In this document: positions 58,237-64,000 of the stretch, piece after piece
Layout: the number at the start of each line of letters is the position of its first letter
Numbering within the stretch: the first letter of the stretch is position 1
From: an uncultured delta proteobacterium
GTDB taxonomy: Bacteria > Desulfobacterota > Desulfuromonadia > Desulfuromonadales > BM103
Length of the DNA stretch: 64,000 nucleotides
Direction: 5' to 3'
NCBI GenBank assembly: GCA_963715335.1
Contig: CAVQRZ010000001.1
Coordinates: 288,001 to 352,000 of the forward strand
The notes under the pieces: model-generated
Seen by the model: only the letters and a program-made list of their open reading frames with translations
Database searches by the model: none
What the model was told of the DNA's origin: nothing
Position numbers and translations under genes: made by a program

Positions 58237-58770
58237 TTAGTGAACGGCCTTGAATTCAGCGCGACGATTTTTTGCCCATGCGTCCTCGTTGGCGCCCATG
58301 ACGGCAGGCTTCTCTTCACCGTAGGAGATGACGGAAAGCTGCTTGGCGCTGACCCCGAGAGAGACCAGGTAGTTCTTGGCGGCCAGGGCGCGGCTTTCGC
58401 CGAGAGCCAGGTTGTATTCATCGGAACCACGTTCGTCGCAGTGACCTTCGACGACCACCTGGGTGCCGCTGTTGGCCTTCAGGTACGTGGCGTGGTCAGC
58501 AAGGGTCTTGCGCGCTTCGGCAGACAGGGTGAACTGATCGAAGTCGAAATAGATGTTTTGCATGTTGGCCATGGGAGCATGGGTTGGGATTGCCTCTCCC
58601 TTCATGGTCTCTTCAGCAGCGGCAGGAGCAGCTTTGACATCAGCCTGCTGGCTCATGTCGGACTGACCGACCGCGTCCTGTGTGGGTGGCGGGGTCGTTG
58701 AGCAGCCGATTATACCACTGACGAGAAACAGAACGACGAGGGAAACTTTAATAATTTGGGTTGCTTTCAT
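58237..58770 (-). CDS. pal: Peptidoglycan-associated lipoprotein
   Basis: Lipobox IIGC; IYFDFD, EGHCDERGSDEYNLALG, SYGEEKP and NRRAEF. Confidence 0.95.
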   Translation of the reverse strand: MKATQIIKVSLVVLFLVSGIIGCSTTPPPTQDAVGQSDMSQQADVKAAPAAAEETMKGEAIPTHAPMANMQNIYFDFDQFTLSAEARKTLADHATYLKANSGTQVVVEGHCDERGSDEYNLALGESRALAAKNYLVSLGVSAKQLSVISYGEEKPAVMGANEDAWAKNRRAEFKAVH

Positions 58771-58865
58771 TTGTACACTCCTTAGCTGGACAGGGTTCAT
58801 AGCATCTCAAACACGGCGTGAGAGGAGGCATTATAGCGGTCTGTTGCAGAAATAACAACTATCTC

Positions 58866-60164
58866 TTACCAGCGCGGCGACCAGGCTGGATGGCGGCTGT
58901 CGCTTTCCAGGCTTGTCAATCTGCGGGAACCGGTGCCGTCGGCCCGCATGACATAGATCGCCCGTTTGCCACCCTTGTCCCATGAGTAGACGATAAAGCG
59001 CCCGTCGGGGCTCCAGCGCGGGTGCTCGCTGTTGCCGGGACCGAAGGTCAGGCGGCGCTCGTCAGTTCCGTCGCTTTTGATGGTATAGATATCAAAGCGA
59101 CCGCCTTCCTGGCGCGTGAAGGTGATGCGGTCATCCTTCGGGCTCCAGGCCGGGGTCGCATTGTACTTGCCGTTAGTGGTCAGGCGGACCGTCTTGCCGG
59201 TAAAGATGTCAGCAATGAAAATATGCGGGTTGCCCTGGCGGTTCGAGACAAAGGTGATCTTGCCACCATCAGGGCTCCAGGCGGGATCGCTGTCAATGCC
59301 CCAATTGTCGGTAATGCGTTTCCGAATCTGGCCACTGGTGCTGATCAGGTAGATTTCCGGGTTGCCATCCTTGGAAAGGGTCAGGGCGACCTCCCGCTCG
59401 TCCGGCGACATGCGGCCGGCGACGTTGAGCCCCGGTTTGTAGGAGAGCTTTGCTTCCTTGCCCGTATAGATCTCCTTGCGGTAGAGATCCGGGTTGTTGG
59501 CCCGGTAGGAAGTGAACAGGATCTCTTTGCCGCGCGGCGAGAAATCGGGGTTGAGCACGATTGAGCGGTGGTTGGTGAGGCGCAACGGTCGTTTGCCGTC
59601 GACGTCCATCAGCCAGAGCTCCTTGTCGCCAGACTGGTCGGAAACATATGCGATCCGCGAACTGAACGGGCCCTCCTCGCCGGTCAGTTCCTTGAGAACC
59701 AGGTCGGCAAAGGCGTGAGCCATGCGCCGGACATCTTTCGTTTGCCCGACATAGCGGCGACCGGTTAGCAGACGGCGGTTGACCACATCAAAAAGCCGCC
59801 CTTCGATCACCAGGTCGTCACCTTCAAGACGATAGGTGCCCTTGATCAGCGTTTCAGAACCGAGCAGCCGCCACTGGGGGAAATTGACCTGGTTGCTGAA
59901 CAAACCGATGCGGCCGGCGTCATCAAGAAAAGACTGCGGGTCAACAAAACGAAACAGCCCGGAAAGATCCAGATCGGCAACCAGAACCTCGTTAAACTCG
60001 TCCGCGATCCGCTCCGACCGGGCGCCCTGGTCGGGGAGAAGTTTTGTCAACCCGAGCGGAATCGACTGCTCGCCTGGCGAGGATATCTCGATCTCCGTTG
60101 CAGCCTGTGCCGTTTGGGGCAGGACCAGGCAGAGCAATACAGCGACCAGCCAACGCAACAACAT
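58866..60164 (-). CDS. tolB: Tol-Pal beta-propeller protein
   Basis: DLDLSGLF, repeated PAWSPDG (PD40) units, operon context. Confidence 0.94.
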   Translation of the reverse strand: MLLRWLVAVLLCLVLPQTAQAATEIEISSPGEQSIPLGLTKLLPDQGARSERIADEFNEVLVADLDLSGLFRFVDPQSFLDDAGRIGLFSNQVNFPQWRLLGSETLIKGTYRLEGDDLVIEGRLFDVVNRRLLTGRRYVGQTKDVRRMAHAFADLVLKELTGEEGPFSSRIAYVSDQSGDKELWLMDVDGKRPLRLTNHRSIVLNPDFSPRGKEILFTSYRANNPDLYRKEIYTGKEAKLSYKPGLNVAGRMSPDEREVALTLSKDGNPEIYLISTSGQIRKRITDNWGIDSDPAWSPDGGKITFVSNRQGNPHIFIADIFTGKTVRLTTNGKYNATPAWSPKDDRITFTRQEGGRFDIYTIKSDGTDERRLTFGPGNSEHPRWSPDGRFIVYSWDKGGKRAIYVMRADGTGSRRLTSLESDSRHPAWSPRW

Positions 60165-60167
60165 CTT

Positions 60168-61025
60168 TTATCTCCTTGTCGCAGCCATGTCCTTGAGGTT
60201 GAAAATCACCACCAGCTCAAGATCTTTCGGCAGAGGCTGCGGCAGCTGCTGCGATTTGATAATGGCTTTTTTCAATGAGTCGTCGAACTGCGGGTTCCCT
60301 GAAGGGTTTTCGATACGAAAACTCTTGAGCCGACCGTCTGCTGCATAGACCAATTTGGCTTTTGCCTCGATATTGGCGAGACGCGATTGGTCAAGCAAGT
60401 AGGGCGAGAGAGCCCAATTCTGCTGAATAAAGGCCTGGACAAAAGCCAATGCGCCGACGCCGACCTCGTTCCCTGTGCCGTCCGGCATGCCGATCGGCAC
60501 ATCGGCTGGGACTGTCGCGGCGGCCCCGACCGTTTCCCGCAGCTGGGCTATCTTGTCTTTCAGGGTGTCGCGTTCCGCTTCCCGGGCCTGGCGCTGGCGA
60601 ATCTCGTCGATGGCGCTCTGCACTTTCTTTTCCTCGCGCCGTTCCGGTTGCGGGACCGGTTTCGCCGGGGGCGGTTTGACCAGCGGCTTGACCGGCGGCT
60701 TGGCCGGCGGCTTAGTCAGCGGCTTGACCTCTGGTTTGGCCACTGTCTTCGGGGCAATCGGGGTCGTCACGGATTTTTGCACAGGCGCTGCCTGCGGTTT
60801 TTCGCTCGGCCGCGGATCGGGACGCCCAGCCTGCGGGTTGAGAACCGGCTTGTGGATCAGGTCGACATAGTAGACCGGCGGTTTCGGGCGGGAGCTCCTG
60901 CCGAACCAGTCGCCGACGAATGCGGCCCAGATCAGGCCGTGGATAACCAGCGAGACCAGCAACAGGCGGCCGAACTTCGGATCTTTGTGAAAGTCATTGA
61001 CCTGGCGTATTGGGGCGACAGACAT
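60168..61025 (-). CDS. tolA: TolA/TonB-like energy transducer
   Basis: N-terminal TM with SxxxH (SLVIH), Pro/Lys-rich linker and SGNPQFD C-terminal domain. Confidence 0.82.
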   Translation of the reverse strand: MSVAPIRQVNDFHKDPKFGRLLLVSLVIHGLIWAAFVGDWFGRSSRPKPPVYYVDLIHKPVLNPQAGRPDPRPSEKPQAAPVQKSVTTPIAPKTVAKPEVKPLTKPPAKPPVKPLVKPPPAKPVPQPERREEKKVQSAIDEIRQRQAREAERDTLKDKIAQLRETVGAAATVPADVPIGMPDGTGNEVGVGALAFVQAFIQQNWALSPYLLDQSRLANIEAKAKLVYAADGRLKSFRIENPSGNPQFDDSLKKAIIKSQQLPQPLPKDLELVVIFNLKDMAATRR

Positions 61026-61037
61026 CGGGCGGCTCGT

Positions 61038-61460
61038 TTACTTTTCCGGCTCCTGGGCAACCATGCCGAGCTTGGAGACCCCGGCCCGCTTGATCGCCGC
61101 CATAACCTGGACCACCTTGCCGTAGGCAACCGCCTTGTCCGCCTCGAGATAGACCGTCTTCTCTTCCCGTTCGCTCAAGACCTGCTGCAGGACCGGCGTC
61201 AGTTTGTCGGCGTTCTCGACGACATTATTGCCGACCATGATCACCCCCTTGCGGTTCACGGTAATGATCAACGGCTCCTTGGCAACGGCCAGGTTCGGCG
61301 CATTCTCCACCTCCGGCAGGGCCACATCGACACCCTTCTCCATCATCGGCGCGGTGACCATGAAGATAATCAGCAGGACCAGCATGACATCGACAAAAGG
61401 AGTCACATTGATCTGCGCCAGAACCGTGCGGCGGCGGGAGGTGTGCTGACCGACCTCCAT
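61038..61460 (-). CDS. tolR: Tol-Pal motor protein
   Basis: INVTPFVDVMLVLLIIFMVTAP. Confidence 0.93.
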   Translation of the reverse strand: MEVGQHTSRRRTVLAQINVTPFVDVMLVLLIIFMVTAPMMEKGVDVALPEVENAPNLAVAKEPLIITVNRKGVIMVGNNVVENADKLTPVLQQVLSEREEKTVYLEADKAVAYGKVVQVMAAIKRAGVSKLGMVAQEPEK

Positions 61461-61461
61461 C

Positions 61462-62133
61462 TCAGTTGCCTCGACTCATGCGCTGGACGATATTCAGCAT
61501 TTCCTGGCTGAAGTTATCCATTTCGCCGGTCAGAATATTGATCTTGTTGACAAAATGATTGTAGCCGATGACGGCGGGGATTGCCGCCACCAGGCCGATT
61601 GCAGTGGCGACCAGCGCTTCGGAGATTCCCGGTGCGACCACGGCGAGAGAAGCGCTACCGCTGGTGCCGATGCCGTGGAAGGCATCCATGATTCCCCAGA
61701 CCGTGCCGAACAGGCCGATAAACGGCGCCGCTGATCCGGTGGTGGCAAGAAAGGACAGGTATTTTTCCAGCCGCTGGCTTTCCGATGTCGTCGAACGCCG
61801 CAGGACGCGGGCGACCCGTTCCTGCTCGCCGAGGTCCGCCACGAGGTTGTCGTCGACCTGACCGTCAACCTGTCGCCGGCTCTGGGCCAGTTCCCTGTAA
61901 ACTTCACGAAACAGGACCGTCAGCGGCGAATGGCGGAAATCCTCGAGGCCTTTACCGATGGCGTCGAACCGTTTTTTCGACCAGAAGAACTCGAGGAAGC
62001 GGTCCGAGTCACGGATCGCGCGGAGGACCACTACCTGCTTGTAAAAGATAATGGCCCATGAGACCACGGAAAAATAGACCAGAATCAACAGGACCAGTTT
62101 GACGACGGGCCCCGCATTGAGCACCAGTTCCAA
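61462..62133 (-). CDS. tolQ: Tol-Pal motor protein
   Basis: APFIGLFGTVWGIM and APGISEALVATAIGL; TTG start with AGGAG RBS. Confidence 0.94.
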   Translation of the reverse strand: MELVLNAGPVVKLVLLILVYFSVVSWAIIFYKQVVVLRAIRDSDRFLEFFWSKKRFDAIGKGLEDFRHSPLTVLFREVYRELAQSRRQVDGQVDDNLVADLGEQERVARVLRRSTTSESQRLEKYLSFLATTGSAAPFIGLFGTVWGIMDAFHGIGTSGSASLAVVAPGISEALVATAIGLVAAIPAVIGYNHFVNKINILTGEMDNFSQEMLNIVQRMSRGN

Positions 62134-62226
62134 GACAATTCTCCTTTGTTCAACAGTGTTGTCGCCTGATTATCAGACAGCATGGACAGCAAGTCAACCG
62201 GGCAAGCGCGTAAAGTTCAATATGCA

Positions 62227-62931
62227 TCAGAGCAGCTTCGAGAGTTCGCCGACGATATGCCGGGCGGTCAACGACCCCGGGGAGCGCTCGACCAGCCGCT
62301 GCAGGTCTGCCAACTCATCAAGATCGTCCCAACCCGCGGTTTCATGGTAACTCAAGCCGAGCTCACGGCAACGACGGCGCGTCGCCTCGAGCACTGCCGA
62401 GGTACTCCAGGGAATATCTTGAAAAACTTGCGGCGTCGGTTGCCGCACTCCAATGATCGCATAGCCCCCATCCCGGCAAGGCACGGTGGCGACATCCGTT
62501 CGGGCCAGATGATCGATCACCTCTTCAACCAGCTCAAACGGCAGATCCGGGCTGTCAGAGCCCGCCAGCAGCACCGGCCCGCCGCCGGCGGCAAACAGCG
62601 CCTGTACGGCATTGGTCATGCGGGTACCGAGCCCCTCGCCAGCCTGGGCAAACAGTGGCAGTCCGGGAAAGGCTCCCTGGAACCAGCGCCGCTTTCCGAC
62701 ATAGCAGATCGCGATCGTCTCGCCCGAATGCAACAATCTCGAAACCGACTCCTGCAAGGCGATCCTGTAGAGCTCACAGGCCTGTTTCGGTGACAGCGGT
62801 GGCGTCAGACGTGTCTTGACCTGCCCGGCAATCGGCTGCTTGGCAAACAGGCCGATGACCGGGCCAAATTGATTAAAAATGTGGCGGTTTGCAGAGTTGT
62901 CCACCTTGTCCACAAAGTTATCCACGACCAT
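62227..62931 (-). CDS. DUF2064/TIGR04282 family nucleotidyl/glycosyltransferase-like protein (start uncertain)
   Basis: FAKQPIAGQVKTRL, GLGTRM, GSDSPDL, DGGY, IPWST and DLDELADL motifs. Confidence 0.85.
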   Translation of the reverse strand: MVVDNFVDKVDNSANRHIFNQFGPVIGLFAKQPIAGQVKTRLTPPLSPKQACELYRIALQESVSRLLHSGETIAICYVGKRRWFQGAFPGLPLFAQAGEGLGTRMTNAVQALFAAGGGPVLLAGSDSPDLPFELVEEVIDHLARTDVATVPCRDGGYAIIGVRQPTPQVFQDIPWSTSAVLEATRRRCRELGLSYHETAGWDDLDELADLQRLVERSPGSLTARHIVGELSKLL

Positions 62932-63772
62932 CAAAGAGCGGGCCTTCAACCATGGCGTACGCCGAGTGGTTGTGGATCGATTCGAAATTCTCGCAGGCGA
63001 CACGAAACCAGGTGATCTCCGGAACCTCGAGCAGGCGCTGGGTCACAGCCCGCACCACGTCCTCAACGAACATCGGGTTGTCATACGCCTGTTCAGTCAG
63101 GGCCTTTTCGTCTTCCCGTTTGAGCAGGGCAAAGACCGGGGCGCTGCCGCACGCCTCGATCCAGGCGATCAGGTCTTCGAGCCAGATATGATCGGAATAG
63201 CGGATCTCGACGGTGACGGCGCTACGCTGGTTGTGGGCGCCGCGGGCGCTGATTTCCTTCGAACAGGGACAGAGCGAAGTCATCGGCACGGTCACGCCCA
63301 GCATGAAATTGTAGTCTTCGTCGAGGCTGCCGACCATGCGACACTGGTATTCCATCAGACTTCGGGCTCCTGAGACCGGGGCCTGTTTCTCGATAAAGTA
63401 GGGAAACTCCAGTTCCAGGTGTGCAGAGCTCGCTTCGAGATGTTCCTTCATGTTACGCAGCATCGCGTCCATACGCTCGATACTGATCTCACCGTGATAC
63501 TGGTTGAGAATCTCGATGAAGCGACTCATGTGCGTGCCCTTGAAGTGGTGAGGCAGGTCGACGTACATGTTGATCCGCGCCACCGTCTGCTGCCGGTCCT
63601 TGCTCTTGTCGAGGACCACGATCGGGTAGCGGATGTCCTTGACGCCGACCTTGTTGATCGCAATGTTGCGATCATCCCGCAATTTCTGCATGTCGGGCAT
63701 GTCGACAGCAAAGCTGTCGGAGGTCTGTGAGGTGCGAGGTGCGAGGTGTGAAGATTCTTTTTTCTCGGTCAT
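62918..63772 (-). CDS. folE2: GTP cyclohydrolase I, type IB (alternative start ATG 63700)
   Basis: KGTHMSRF, TSLCPCSKEIS, AHNQRS, LKREDE, FVEDVVR and ESIHNHSAYA. Confidence 0.95.
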   Translation of the reverse strand: MTEKKESSHLAPRTSQTSDSFAVDMPDMQKLRDDRNIAINKVGVKDIRYPIVVLDKSKDRQQTVARINMYVDLPHHFKGTHMSRFIEILNQYHGEISIERMDAMLRNMKEHLEASSAHLELEFPYFIEKQAPVSGARSLMEYQCRMVGSLDEDYNFMLGVTVPMTSLCPCSKEISARGAHNQRSAVTVEIRYSDHIWLEDLIAWIEACGSAPVFALLKREDEKALTEQAYDNPMFVEDVVRAVTQRLLEVPEITWFRVACENFESIHNHSAYAMVEGPLFDGRG

Positions 63773-63827
63773 AATTTTTTTCTCTATGGTTTGGGTTTTT
63801 CGCGCCTCTCACTTCGCGCTTCGCGGC
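63720..63827. repeat. Inverted heptamer arrays (GAGGTGC / TCGCGCT-like) straddling the queC-folE2 junction
   Basis: GAGGTGC GAGGTGC GAGGTGT ... TCGCGCC TCTCACT TCGCGCT TCGCGGC. Confidence 0.7.
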
Positions 63828-64000
63828 TCGTATTCTATCGGATCCTCGATCCCCGCTTCGCTGAAGCCTTTCAGGCGCAGCAGGCAGGAATCACATCGCC
63901 CACAGGCGACCCCGGCCGGGGTCGGATCATAGCAGGAGTGGGTCAGTCGGTAGTCAACGCCGAGAGCCAGTCCGGTGCGGATAATTTCTGCCTTGCTGAG
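63809..64000 (-). CDS. queC: 7-cyano-7-deazaguanine synthase, C-terminal part (gene begins beyond the right edge)
   Basis: Manual translation LSKAEII...THSCYDP...[14 protein letters not shown]...DPIEY; TGA at 63811-63809. Confidence 0.92.
   Translation of the reverse strand, partial: LSKAEIIRTGLALGVDYRLTHSCYDPTPAGVACGRCDSCLLRLKGFSEAGIEDPIEYEPRSAK

Noticed and set aside
60655..60745. GGCGGCTTGACC-like repeats
   Set aside because: They encode the normal Pro/Lys-rich TolA linker.
62897..62926. DnaA-box cluster as oriC
   Set aside because: No dnaA/dnaN nearby, no intergenic space and no AT-rich unwinding element.

Overview
GC-rich bacterial chromosome segment. Gene content (triheme cytochrome c7, fused NuoBCD complex I, tol-pal next to tRNA-Lys/tRNA-Glu, queC-folE2) suggests Desulfuromonadales; this placement is inferred, not searched. 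From left to right: a partial YdjM-type hydrolase missing from the ORF track; a CarH/LitR-type B12-binding MerR regulator divergent from a six-gene lipid-modification operon resembling the furan fatty acid (ufa) pathway, with a DUF1365-methyltransferase fusion; a TatD/TcdA/TauE/MshEN-PilB/HDOD/CBS cluster; an MCP; an AT-rich islet with a decayed GT2 gene and a RelBE-type TA pair; a TolC/adaptor (frameshifted)/RND/DUF2892 efflux operon; TRAP transporter, USP and DUF4301; thioesterase and glgX (C-terminal frameshift); a hidden UGA-recoded UxxC selenoprotein candidate with a SECIS-like hairpin; a DUF3524 glycosyltransferase; cytochrome c7; cyclophilin; a ~446-bp MITE-like element; a complete nuoA-N operon with inverted oligomer-repeat cassettes at several gene junctions; rnhA; gdhA plus a PEP/pyruvate-binding-domain gene; mscL; tRNA-Lys and tRNA-Glu with a duplicated tRNA 3' end; tolQRAB-pal-cpoB; a DUF2064 gene; folE2; and the 3' end of queC. 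No CRISPR array, rRNA, integrase or transposase was seen. All family assignments come from motif recognition by eye, with no database search.
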